Source of the DNA: Planctomycetota bacterium | Lineage (GTDB): Bacteria; Planctomycetota; PLA2; JAEUHO01 | NCBI GenBank assembly: GCA_029213105.1 | Contig: JARGNS010000001.1 | Coordinates: 5,129 to 69,128 of the forward strand | DNA: 64,000 nucleotides | Direction of reading: 5' to 3' | In this document: positions 1 through 7,808 of the stretch, one piece after another | How positions within the stretch are numbered: position 1 is the first letter of the stretch | How the letters are laid out: every line of letters starts with the position of its first letter | Position numbers and translations under genes: made by a program | Notes under the pieces: generated by a model | What the model saw: only the letters and a program-made list of their open reading frames with translations | Told to the model about the DNA's origin: nothing | Database searches by the model: none

Positions 1-220
1 CCTTGTGCTTCGGTCCAGGGTTGTCGCAGTTGTGTCGTGCTCTGAAGTTCTTGCGGCGTTCGGGGTTGTCGCGCTTGATCTCCATGTTCGCATCTCCGAA
101 CGTGACCTTGGCGATGTTCCCGTTGGGCTTCTTCACGTACACCATGAACTTCTTGCGCCCGTGACCACCCTCGCCTTTCTTGATCCTGCGAGGCTTATTG
201 AGCGGTTTCTTGTCAGGCAC
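1..220 (-). CDS. Partial CDS (3' end beyond window edge); small very basic conserved phage-type protein (..KKFMVYVKKPNGNIAKVTFGDANMEIKRDNPERRKNFRARHNC..)
   Basis: Reverse-strand reading frame opens with GTG about 8 nt after a GGAGG RBS at ~220 and runs past position 1 without a stop. Basic, protein-like composition. Absent from the ORF track because it has no stop. Confidence 0.4.
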   Translation of the reverse strand, partial: MPDKKPLNKPRRIKKGEGGHGRKKFMVYVKKPNGNIAKVTFGDANMEIKRDNPERRKNFRARHNCDNPGPKHK

Positions 221-407
221 GAGTGGCCTCCGTAGGTGTGACGAGGCGGAGCGCCAGAGGCTTCATGACCTCGGTGTCCTCGTCTGGGTCGTAGCGCCGC
301 CTCTCTTCCTCGACTTGGCACGCAGGCGGGCACGCAGCGCGGCTGCGCTCCTCGAGGCGGGCGAGCGCGATGGCGAGCCTCAACAGTCCGTGGGTCAGGT
401 CAGACAT
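213..407 (-). CDS. Hypothetical small protein (64 aa, MSDLTHGLLRLAIALARLEE...)
   Basis: Internal ATG of ORF 213..515; the upstream part of that ORF is Arg-rich antisense-type junk. Short overlaps with both neighbours, consistent with an operon. Confidence 0.3.
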   Translation of the reverse strand: MSDLTHGLLRLAIALARLEERSRAACPPACQVEEERRRYDPDEDTEVMKPLALRLVTPTEATRA

Positions 408-885
408 CTCGCTTATCCAGTCGCGAGACGAGGTCCTGCACCTGGCGTAGCACGACCGCCACCTCGTTGGTGCTCGAGTTCGCCAAGTTCGACACTGCGG
501 CCTTGAGCGCCGCACGGTCTGCGTCGACCTCCTTGCGCCACGCGAGGTGGCGCGACTCTTCCTTCGGGTGCAGCTCGGCGTTGATGTCGGCGATGGCTGC
601 GTACGTCGCGTCGATGCGCGTGTGCGCCTTCTTGATCGGTGCGGCGTCAGCCTGTTGCGAGTTCTTACGCCACTCGACGAGCTTCAGCACACCACCTGCG
701 GCACCAGCGAACAACACGACGGTCGCCGCCCACTCCTTGATCTGCGCGAAGGACACCCCGGCCGCCGGGGTCTCAAGCTCTTGCGAGTACGCCGCGGTCG
801 AGAACAGCACCAGACCGCACAGGCCTACGACGATCACAAGGCCGACGACTTGCGCCCAACTACATGCACCCTTTACAGTCCGCAT
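400..885 (-). CDS. Membrane/coiled-coil protein of the lysis cassette (holin/spanin-like)
   Basis: 161 aa with N-terminal hydrophobic helices (VVGLVIVVGLCGLVLF; VVLFAGAAGGVL) followed by a charged coiled-coil tail. Lies downstream of the endolysin. Confidence 0.4.
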   Translation of the reverse strand: MRTVKGACSWAQVVGLVIVVGLCGLVLFSTAAYSQELETPAAGVSFAQIKEWAATVVLFAGAAGGVLKLVEWRKNSQQADAAPIKKAHTRIDATYAAIADINAELHPKEESRHLAWRKEVDADRAALKAAVSNLANSSTNEVAVVLRQVQDLVSRLDKRDV

Positions 886-969
886 CGGATTCGAGCCTCC
901 CGAAGACCACTACGCACAGCCGCCCAGACTCGACGAAGGTCGAGCCCGGTCTTGCGGCGCCCCCTCGGC

Positions 970-1440
970 TTACTGCGCGTCATTGGTGGGCTCCGGGCAA
1001 TCGCGCTCGGCGTGCTCGCGGGCGAGCTTCGACCAAGCGATGATCTCGTTGATGGACCCTCGCCCAGCGTCACTCTGCTGGAACTGCATCAGCTTGAGGG
1101 TCATGCAGGCTGGGGTCGTGCTCTTACCTTCGACGGTGCAGTCGACAGGGAGGCTGTCAGGCCCCGCGAGCAGGGTCTGCTTCTTCTGGCGCTCTGCCTC
1201 GATGGTCTGGGACGCCTCGACGACCACGGCGACCTGAGCAGTCAAGTCCGGCGTGATGTCGGCGACCGCCTTGGCGGAGCGCGCCATGTCGGTCATGGCC
1301 TCGGCCTGGGCGACCTCCGCGGCCTCCCGGTTCTTCATCACCTTCGCGGCGATACCGCCCCCGATGGCGCCGCCAGCGACGAGAGCACCCAGACCGATTC
1401 CGACGAGAGTTCCGATTGCCATGGTGATCTCAGTTTTCAT
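970..1440 (-). CDS. Membrane protein with N-terminal TM, coiled-coil and C-terminal Cys (spanin/LysB-like candidate)
   Basis: Real start taken at MKTEITMAIGTLVGIGLGALVAGG inside ORF 970..1557. TM helix, then an Ala/Glu-rich helix, then C-terminal Cys residues. Confidence 0.4.
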   Translation of the reverse strand: MKTEITMAIGTLVGIGLGALVAGGAIGGGIAAKVMKNREAAEVAQAEAMTDMARSAKAVADITPDLTAQVAVVVEASQTIEAERQKKQTLLAGPDSLPVDCTVEGKSTTPACMTLKLMQFQQSDAGRGSINEIIAWSKLAREHAERDCPEPTNDAQ

Positions 1441-1669
1441 GCTTCGCCCTCGCAGCGCCTTCGCCGACATGGCGGAGACTGGAAGAGCCGATCGCCACGA
1501 GTACCGCAGGTACGACCGTTGTGAGAAACGTGTCGACGGATCGCCACGCACCCTCACTCAGAGGGTACATCGAGTCGGTGACGCTCGCGACCACGAGCAG
1601 GCCGCTCGTCGCCGCGAAGACGTACAGGGCGGCCTTGACGTGCTGGGACTTGACCCACTTCATCATGCT
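1430..1669 (-). CDS. Holin-like small membrane protein (2 TM)
   Basis: Internal start MMKWVKSQHVKAALYVFAATSGLLVVASV...VVPAVLVAIG. Two hydrophobic helices and a charged C-terminus. Confidence 0.4.
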   Translation of the reverse strand, partial: SMMKWVKSQHVKAALYVFAATSGLLVVASVTDSMYPLSEGAWRSVDTFLTTVVPAVLVAIGSSSLRHVGEGAARAKHEN

Positions 1670-1920
1670 TCGTCGATCTGAGGCATGAGGGCGCGCAGGG
1701 CAGCCGCAACCGCTTCGTCTGAGGGGCCCTCGTCGCTCACGTCGAACGCCTCGTCGAGGATCATCTCGGAGCACGCGCTGTTCATCGCGAGCAAGACGAC
1801 CTCGAGGGGCGGGTAGGTGGAGCTATCGGAGCGGACGGTGTAGCCCATCCTCAGAGGCATGCCAGACGTGTCCAGCTCGATCTCGAGGTTGACGTACACC
1901 TTGTCGCCGGTCTCGGCCAT
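1663..1920 (-). CDS. Hypothetical protein (85 aa, acidic)
   Basis: Internal start MAETGDKVYVNLEIELD of ORF 1663..2013. The N-terminal extension of that ORF is Arg-rich junk. Confidence 0.3.
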   Translation of the reverse strand: MAETGDKVYVNLEIELDTSGMPLRMGYTVRSDSSTYPPLEVVLLAMNSACSEMILDEAFDVSDEGPSDEAVAAALRALMPQIDEA

Positions 1921-1960
1921 GAGAGCCTCCTGCCGGCTCAATATACCGCGTCGGGCGTCT

Positions 1961-2422
1961 CTACGCGAGCGAACCGTCGTGCGGAACGTAGGCGTCCAGG
2001 TGGGTCTGCACACGGTCTCGGATGCGGTCCATGTCGTAGCCGGGGCACTCGGTGTACCCGGGTCGCATGACTTCCTTGTGCCCGAAGACGTTCTCGACGG
2101 TCAGACTGTGCTGGATGCACTTCGCAGCGACGAGCGCACTCAGCGCGATCTCGGCGCGCTCTGGGAGCGTGTCCTCAACGTAGTCGCCGGAAACGACGAT
2201 GCCGATGCTGTGCTTGTTGCGGTTCTTCGCGTGGGCGCCGGCGCGCGACTCGGGCCGACCCTCCGCGGCCACCCAGTCCCCGTCTTCGTCGAGGAAGACG
2301 ATCCAGTGGTAGCCGATGTCCGACCAGCCGTTACCCTTGACGTGCCAACTCCGGATCTCGTCCGGGGTGGTCGTGGGCTTGCTCGCCGTGTGGTGGCAGG
2401 TGATCTCGGTGATCTCGCGCAT
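1961..2422 (-). CDS. Endolysin, N-acetylmuramoyl-L-alanine amidase (PGRP/Amidase_2, T7 lysozyme-like)
   Basis: Amidase_2 hallmarks: ITCHHTA...WHV..GWSDIGYHWIV...GAHA..N..SIGI..G and a C-terminal C..GY pattern. 153 aa. Confidence 0.85.
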   Translation of the reverse strand: MREITEITCHHTASKPTTTPDEIRSWHVKGNGWSDIGYHWIVFLDEDGDWVAAEGRPESRAGAHAKNRNKHSIGIVVSGDYVEDTLPERAEIALSALVAAKCIQHSLTVENVFGHKEVMRPGYTECPGYDMDRIRDRVQTHLDAYVPHDGSLA

Positions 2423-2733
2423 CAGGAGCCTCCGAGGCCGGCAGCGACAAGGGCGTCGGCGACGGTGCCTGCCGCCGGCTTCGCGTCGGCGGCGTATAGG
2501 TCAGAGGAGCCTCGTGCGATCTTGGCGGCGGCGAGGGCACCGGCCTCCCGCGTGGACTGGATCAGAACGGTCATGACCCGGCCGCCTGGAAGCGACTGCG
2601 AAACGGCCCCGGTGATGTCGTCTGGGACGTAGACGTCCACTCGGCGAGCATCCCACGCGGTGATGCCGTCGTCGGATCGGCGCTCGGTCGTAGGGGCGGG
2701 GGCGGCAGTGATCACAGGCATCAGAGACTCCAT
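2422..2733 (-). CDS. Hypothetical protein (103 aa)
   Basis: ORF overlapping the amidase start by one nt. Coding-like composition. Confidence 0.35.
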   Translation of the reverse strand: MESLMPVITAAPAPTTERRSDDGITAWDARRVDVYVPDDITGAVSQSLPGGRVMTVLIQSTREAGALAAAKIARGSSDLYAADAKPAAGTVADALVAAGLGGS

Positions 2734-3821
2734 TCGTCGACGGTGATCCGCTCGATGACCATTTCACTGTCGGTCGCCGCGGACGTGTAGAGCTGTCCGT
2801 GGACGTAGAGGTTGGTCGAGAACAGGTTGTAGGTCTGCTCGACAGCGACCGCATCCGAGCCGCCGTCCATCTTGAACAGTGCTGCTCCCGGCGTGGGGAC
2901 CTCAGTCGGGATGGTAGACCCTTCCGTGATGTACACGTCGGCGATCCGCCCCTTGTACAGCACGAACGTGTGGACGCATGTGTCCTGCACCGTCGCGTCG
3001 TTGTCGAGGTCGGAGCCGATGCCGAAACCTCCCGCGATGTAGCGGATCCCACGAAGCCGGAAGCTGCCCGCGCCCTGTCGGTACTGCTGCCCGCCCCAAG
3101 AACCGTTCACGTTGTTGAAGTCCGCGTTCGGGGAGATCCACACTCCGGCAGTGTCACCGTTTGTGGCGAGCGACTGACCCGACACCCGGCACGAGATCAT
3201 GTAGACCTTGCTCGGGTCGGAGAAGTCCAGCCCCTCGGTTGCCGCGACCATCTTGGTGTACATGTCCGCCTCAACCGCGGATCCCTGGCTGGTAATCTTA
3301 CCACCGCCGTTCGCGGCCGTGATGGCGACGGTCGCGGTGGGCGTACCGACGCGGTCGTATGCGCCCACGACCGCCTTAGTTGCGTCGTCTGCGGCGTTCC
3401 GCAGGTTCGTGTCGCCGCCGTTCATGGTTAGGGCGAGGTCGGTGATGTCGGCGGTGAAGTCGATGTCCACGAGGCGGGACGCACCGCCCGCCGCAGCCGC
3501 CCGGCTGTAGTCGTGCAGCGCGGTCGCGACGACCACCCCGCCGATCGTGGCGTCGAGGGCGAGCACGCCCGCGTCACCGTCCGCGCCACCGCTCGGGGTG
3601 TACGCGCCGAGGCCGGAACCGGACCACGCTTTCGAGCCCACCGCGTTGACCGTGCGAGCCGTGTAGCCATCGACGAGGCCGGCGTCCGCGCCACCGAAGG
3701 CGCCGAACGTCTTGGCCGACATGGCGACGCCCGCGGCTGTGGCCTCGGTCGTCGCTGCCGGCGGGCTCACGTCGTAGGTCGATGCCGCGCCTGTGGTCTC
3801 GAATACGTCCTTGACGGGCAT
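2721..3821 (-). CDS. Virion structural protein, Gly-rich (tail fibre/spike-like candidate)
   Basis: 366 aa, Gly/Ala/Thr-rich with beta-rich character. Sits in the structural operon between scaffold-like and lysis genes. Confidence 0.4.
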   Translation of the reverse strand: MPVKDVFETTGAASTYDVSPPAATTEATAAGVAMSAKTFGAFGGADAGLVDGYTARTVNAVGSKAWSGSGLGAYTPSGGADGDAGVLALDATIGGVVVATALHDYSRAAAAGGASRLVDIDFTADITDLALTMNGGDTNLRNAADDATKAVVGAYDRVGTPTATVAITAANGGGKITSQGSAVEADMYTKMVAATEGLDFSDPSKVYMISCRVSGQSLATNGDTAGVWISPNADFNNVNGSWGGQQYRQGAGSFRLRGIRYIAGGFGIGSDLDNDATVQDTCVHTFVLYKGRIADVYITEGSTIPTEVPTPGAALFKMDGGSDAVAVEQTYNLFSTNLYVHGQLYTSAATDSEMVIERITVDEWSL

Positions 3822-4636
3822 TAGGAACCCTCGACTTCGATGAGGGAGAAGCGGCCATTCACCTGGGTGTCGTTCCTGCTCGTCTCGGCCTCGAGCCAGA
3901 AGCAGGACTGCTCACCGACCGGGAACGGCAGCGGGGGACTCAGGTTTTGGTAGCTCCCGGTGGAGGCGTCGATCACGATGCGGACCACCTCGTACTGGCA
4001 GTTGGAGACGGCCGAGTAGACCCAGCCCTTGATGGTGACGACGGGCTCGGTGCCGGAGCCGAACCGGATGACGGTGGCCGTGAGCCACTCAGCCAGAGCC
4101 GTGGCCCCCGCCTGCGTGAAGAAGATGCACTGCTGGGTGGTCCCCTCCCCGGCCGGGATCTGCCCCTGGACGGTCAGGTCGGTGGTCGCCGTCGCCGTGA
4201 TGGTCCCCACGTTCTTCTTGCTCGACCCCGCCAGGCCGACCGCGAGCCGGTTGCTCCCGAGCCACCTCTCTGTGGTGACTACCGGCGTTGTGCCGTTCAT
4301 CTGGACCACGACCGTCTGCGCTACCCGGTTCTCGTCGATCCCGGTGATGACGACGTTCCGCGCTCCCGTGCCTGTCGCGGTCACGTCGTCCGCGCTGTCG
4401 GAGACGATCGAGAGCGTGCGAGCCGTGGTCATGGGCTCGAAGGTGCCCCCGAAGGAGGCGATCACCTCGGGGCCGCCCGTGTCTACGTCGGAGTTGTACC
4501 CGAACTTGTTCCACAGGGTGGACCCATTGCGGCGCCCGAGCGCCACCTCGGTGTTGTAGTCGACCTGCTGGGCGGCGTTGGCCGCCCCGATCTCGGTCGC
4601 GGTGGGGGCGGTGTCGAATGCGCTTCGTCCGGACAT
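3821..4636 (-). CDS. Virion structural protein (tail fibre-like candidate)
   Basis: 271 aa, Thr/Gly/Val-rich. Stop/start overlap with neighbours. Confidence 0.4.
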   Translation of the reverse strand: MSGRSAFDTAPTATEIGAANAAQQVDYNTEVALGRRNGSTLWNKFGYNSDVDTGGPEVIASFGGTFEPMTTARTLSIVSDSADDVTATGTGARNVVITGIDENRVAQTVVVQMNGTTPVVTTERWLGSNRLAVGLAGSSKKNVGTITATATTDLTVQGQIPAGEGTTQQCIFFTQAGATALAEWLTATVIRFGSGTEPVVTIKGWVYSAVSNCQYEVVRIVIDASTGSYQNLSPPLPFPVGEQSCFWLEAETSRNDTQVNGRFSLIEVEGS

Positions 4637-5040
4637 CAGTCAGTCCAGGTGAGCACGCTACGGTCGAGCGTCACGGTCCCAGCGTCGGTCTTCACGAAGA
4701 GGAACAGCGAGTCGACATCCGCGGGGTCGACCCAGTCGACATCGATCTTGTACACGGCACTACCGTCGGTCGCGGTCGTGATGCCGGTGGACAGCGTAGC
4801 CGTGGTGTCGGGGACGACCATCTCGTCCCCTCCAGAGTCTCGCGTCAGGCGGACGGTGATGCTCGCCGCGCTCGAGATGCTCGAGACCTGCACGAAGAGC
4901 CCAGACAGCTTGCCGCTGAACTTGGAGTTCGTGGGCTTCAGGGACGCCGTGTTGAGCGCGTGCTCGTGGGACTTCGCCGCGTCGAACGAAGTGCCGACCG
5001 ATGCGCGGTCTGTGTCGTCAGTAGTGCCGTAGACTGCCAT
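4636..5040 (-). CDS. Structural protein (134 aa)
   Basis: Thr/Ser-rich beta-type composition. Overlapping stop/start with the next gene. Confidence 0.35.
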   Translation of the reverse strand: MAVYGTTDDTDRASVGTSFDAAKSHEHALNTASLKPTNSKFSGKLSGLFVQVSSISSAASITVRLTRDSGGDEMVVPDTTATLSTGITTATDGSAVYKIDVDWVDPADVDSLFLFVKTDAGTVTLDRSVLTWTD

Positions 5041-5103
5041 GCGAAGAACCTCTCGTGCCGATCATAGCACGAGAGGTCCGTCTCTGCACGTTACTACTGG
5101 TAC

Positions 5104-6063
5104 TCAGCGGCGACGCGCGTTCTCCGTCATCTCGCGCTTGAGGTCAGCGTAGGACTTCGGCTTCGCCTCACCTCCGCTCACGTCGAACTGGGTCGTCGAC
5201 TCGGTGCTCATCAGCGCGACACTGGTCGGCACCTCGGCAGGTCCGTCGTTCGAGAACTTCGGGAAGAACACAGCGGTTACCTTGATCGCCTCGTCCGGGT
5301 CTGCGGCCGCGCCAGTCTGGAGCAGGTGCGAGAACTTGAGGAGGGCCTCCTCGTTGTCGTCCTCCCAGAGGTCCGGAGCGTTCTTGTCGATCCACGAGGT
5401 GATGCTGTCGAGCACCTCGGCGTTGCGCCGCTCCTCCGCGGCCGCGTTGGCCTCGCGGAGCGTTGCCAGTTCCTGCTCAAGCCGGGTCTTCTCGGCCTCT
5501 ACCGGGTTGTACTTCTCCTCCCACTCCTGGAGGAGCTGCTGTCGGAGCGCCTCCTTCTCGGTGTCGAACTCCCCGCGAAGTGCCGTCTCGGTCTCGGTCT
5601 TGGCCGTCTCGAGCGCGGTGATCTTCTGGCGAAGCTCGTCGGCCTCCTGCATCGCCTGCGTACCGAGGTCCTCTCCGTTGTCCAGCCACCGCTTGTACCG
5701 AGCAAGCTCGGTCTGCGCGGTGGAGAGCTGGCTCTCGATGAGGGTGCGATCCTCGGCGAGCTTCTGCGTCGCCTTGGTCAGACCCGACTCGACGTTGCGG
5801 AACTTCAGCTTCATGCCGGTCATGAGGACGTTGCGATACGCCTCTGGCACGTGCTCCTTGAACCACGGCGCCGACTCGAGCGCGTCGAGTTCACCGTTCC
5901 ACTCGACGTCACCCACGTCAGGGGTGACGCTCTCGCCAACTTCGGGTGCCGCGTCGTCGACCACGGTCTCGGCGACTGCCTCAACCGGGGTCTCCACGGG
6001 CGTCTCTACGGGAGTCTCGACCACCGGGGTCTCGACAGCCGCGACTTCCTCTTCGTGCTCCAT
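5104..6063 (-). CDS. Scaffolding-like coiled-coil protein
   Basis: 319 aa, acidic, with N-terminal ETPV tandem repeats and a long heptad-like Glu/Leu/Lys/Arg region (ELARYKRWL..ALETAKTETETALRGEFDTEKEALRQQLLQEWEE). It is the next large gene after the portal, with three small genes (6081..6563, 6571..7068, 7087..7734) inserted between them, unlike the T7 gp8-gp9 adjacency. Confidence 0.45.
   Translation of the reverse strand: MEHEEEVAAVETPVVETPVETPVETPVEAVAETVVDDAAPEVGESVTPDVGDVEWNGELDALESAPWFKEHVPEAYRNVLMTGMKLKFRNVESGLTKATQKLAEDRTLIESQLSTAQTELARYKRWLDNGEDLGTQAMQEADELRQKITALETAKTETETALRGEFDTEKEALRQQLLQEWEEKYNPVEAEKTRLEQELATLREANAAAEERRNAEVLDSITSWIDKNAPDLWEDDNEEALLKFSHLLQTGAAADPDEAIKVTAVFFPKFSNDGPAEVPTSVALMSTESTTQFDVSGGEAKPKSYADLKREMTENARRR
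5985..6040 (-). repeat. 12-nt tandem repeats encoding (V)ETPV x4 inside the scaffold-like gene
   Basis: ggggtctccacg / ggcgtctctacg / ggagtctcgacc / accggggtctcgac read directly. Protein shows VETPVVETPVETPVETPVEAV. Confidence 0.6.
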
Positions 6064-6080
6064 GTGTCACTCCTCGGCGC

Positions 6081-6563
6081 TCAGGCGCCGCTCGGGTCCT
6101 CGGGCATCTCGGCGGGGGCGTTCATCGCCTCCTTCATGGCCGACGCAGCCTTCTGCCCCATCGAGAGCATGATGGCCTTCAGCGCGTCGTAGTTGCCGTC
6201 GAGCTTCTTCGCGATGTCCTCGGCGGACATCTCGGCGTACTCGGGCATGGACATGGCCTCGGCGTAGACCGCCTGGCCGGTCATCTCGTCACCGTCGAAG
6301 AGCTTGTCGGCGAAGAGCTTGGCGCCCTCCTCCTCGCTGCCCTCGTCGTCCGAACCCTCGCCCTCCTCGGAGGGGATCTCGGCCTCGGGGGCCTCGTCGA
6401 CGCCCTCGTCGGACTCCGCGGGAAGCTCTTCGACCGCCTCCTCGACGGACTCCCCGGACTCCTCCCCAGACTCCTCGGCGGGCTCGTCTTCGGGCTCGTC
6501 CTTCTTCATCTTCTTCGCGCGGAAGTCCTTGAGCTTCTTGGCGGCGTCCATTCCAGGCTTCAT
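6081..6563 (-). CDS. Highly acidic protein (basic N-terminal tail then an about 120-aa Asp/Glu-rich region)
   Basis: Internal start MKPGMDAAKKLKDFRAKKMKK followed by DEPEDEPAEESGEESGESVEEAVEELPAESDEGVDEAPEAEIPSEEGEGSDDEGSEEEG... The upstream extension of the ORF is junk. Confidence 0.45.
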   Translation of the reverse strand: MKPGMDAAKKLKDFRAKKMKKDEPEDEPAEESGEESGESVEEAVEELPAESDEGVDEAPEAEIPSEEGEGSDDEGSEEEGAKLFADKLFDGDEMTGQAVYAEAMSMPEYAEMSAEDIAKKLDGNYDALKAIMLSMGQKAASAMKEAMNAPAEMPEDPSGA

Positions 6564-6570
6564 GATGTCC

Positions 6571-7068
6571 TCAGGTGTTCTTGGCGGTGTAGTCGGAGAC
6601 CCGCTTGGTCTGTGCTTCGACCTTGCTGATATCACGGTGGACATCAGTCGTCTTGACCCTACCACGATCGAGGCCTTCCCGCTTCTTGCGGAGGTCCTCG
6701 GTCTGCTTCTCGCCCATCATCTGGGCGTCGACACCGAGCTTCGCACGGTGGTCAGCGATGCGCTGCTTGCGCGCGTCGATGCGTGCGTCGATCTCGGAGT
6801 TGGAAGGCGTGTGGACCTTCACGTACTTGCCGGGGTTCTTGGCCTCGAGTTCCTTGACGCGCGCGTCAAGGTCCGAGGTGGTCATCTCCTTGCCGTCCAC
6901 CATGACGTAGCCGAAGCCCGTGAAGGTCGGGGAGGCCCCGCTGAACCACGTCACGGACTGCGCAGCTCCGCATACCTCACACGGGGGCGGACCGTCCTTG
7001 CGGCGGTAGATCTCGGTCGCGACCAAGTGCCCGTTGGCGCACTTCAGGTCATGGGAAACGAAACTCAT
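6571..7068 (-). CDS. Zn-ribbon containing protein (C-x3-H...C-x2-C) with basic C-terminal half
   Basis: 165 aa: KCANGHLVATEIYRRKDGPPPCEVCG, then a Lys/Arg/Asp-rich helical region. Confidence 0.4.
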   Translation of the reverse strand: MSFVSHDLKCANGHLVATEIYRRKDGPPPCEVCGAAQSVTWFSGASPTFTGFGYVMVDGKEMTTSDLDARVKELEAKNPGKYVKVHTPSNSEIDARIDARKQRIADHRAKLGVDAQMMGEKQTEDLRKKREGLDRGRVKTTDVHRDISKVEAQTKRVSDYTAKNT

Positions 7069-7086
7069 GTGTCACTCCTTGAGCGG

Positions 7087-7734
7087 TCACTCAGACTGAT
7101 CGGCCTGAACGTAGTCGGGACCCGCGAGGCGTCGCTGCTTGCTGAGGTCGTAGTGCAGGCCTCGAACCCACTTGCGCATCGACGTGAGGTCGCGGAACGG
7201 GGGGTGATCGATCCCCATCTCGTCGAGGCGCTTCGACATGTGCTGCAGCATCATTGCGGGGCCTTGCTTCGCCTCCTCGTACGCCTCCGCGTAGCGGGGG
7301 GTGAACCGACTGGTGTCTTCGTTCACGTTGATGGTGCCCCTGGCGTGGGGCACTTCACCCGCGCTCGTCGGTCTTGCGTATTCCCGCGATGACACGCCAC
7401 CGATGACTGCGTCGGGCTCCCCGTGCGTGTATGCCATGATGTCCTGCATCACGCCCTCGAGCGCGTCCTGCGTCGGTGTCCCGTCGGGGAGCGCCTGAGG
7501 TACTTGCGTCTGGAAACCAGCTGCGAACTTGACGTTCGAGTTCTCGGTCTCGTACGAAGGCGAGATCGTCTTCTCACGCCCAGCCCGCCCGTTGTGCGAG
7601 AGGTCGTACACACCCGTCGGCGGGGTCTTGACGACGGCTGCTGGCATCCGACCTACCGCGTCGTATCGGAACTCATCGTGCGACCCTCTGGGAGTGTACT
7701 CCTGCCGGTCATCGGCGGCTGCGCGGGCCTCCAA
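7087..7734 (-). CDS. Hypothetical protein (215 aa)
   Basis: Clean ORF with coding-like composition, between portal and scaffold-like genes. Confidence 0.4.
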   Translation of the reverse strand: MEARAAADDRQEYTPRGSHDEFRYDAVGRMPAAVVKTPPTGVYDLSHNGRAGREKTISPSYETENSNVKFAAGFQTQVPQALPDGTPTQDALEGVMQDIMAYTHGEPDAVIGGVSSREYARPTSAGEVPHARGTINVNEDTSRFTPRYAEAYEEAKQGPAMMLQHMSKRLDEMGIDHPPFRDLTSMRKWVRGLHYDLSKQRRLAGPDYVQADQSE

Positions 7735-7808
7735 CTCGTCGCGGAGTTCTTCGTAGTTCTGGACCTCGGGCGCCTTCTTCTTGGTCTTCTTCTTGGGCTT
7801 GGTGAACC

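Noticed and set aside
5104-6063. Possible CRISPR-like or satellite repeats (ETPV repeat DNA, LALES repeat DNA)
   Set aside because: Short in-frame tandem repeats inside coding sequences with no spacer/repeat architecture. Not CRISPR arrays.
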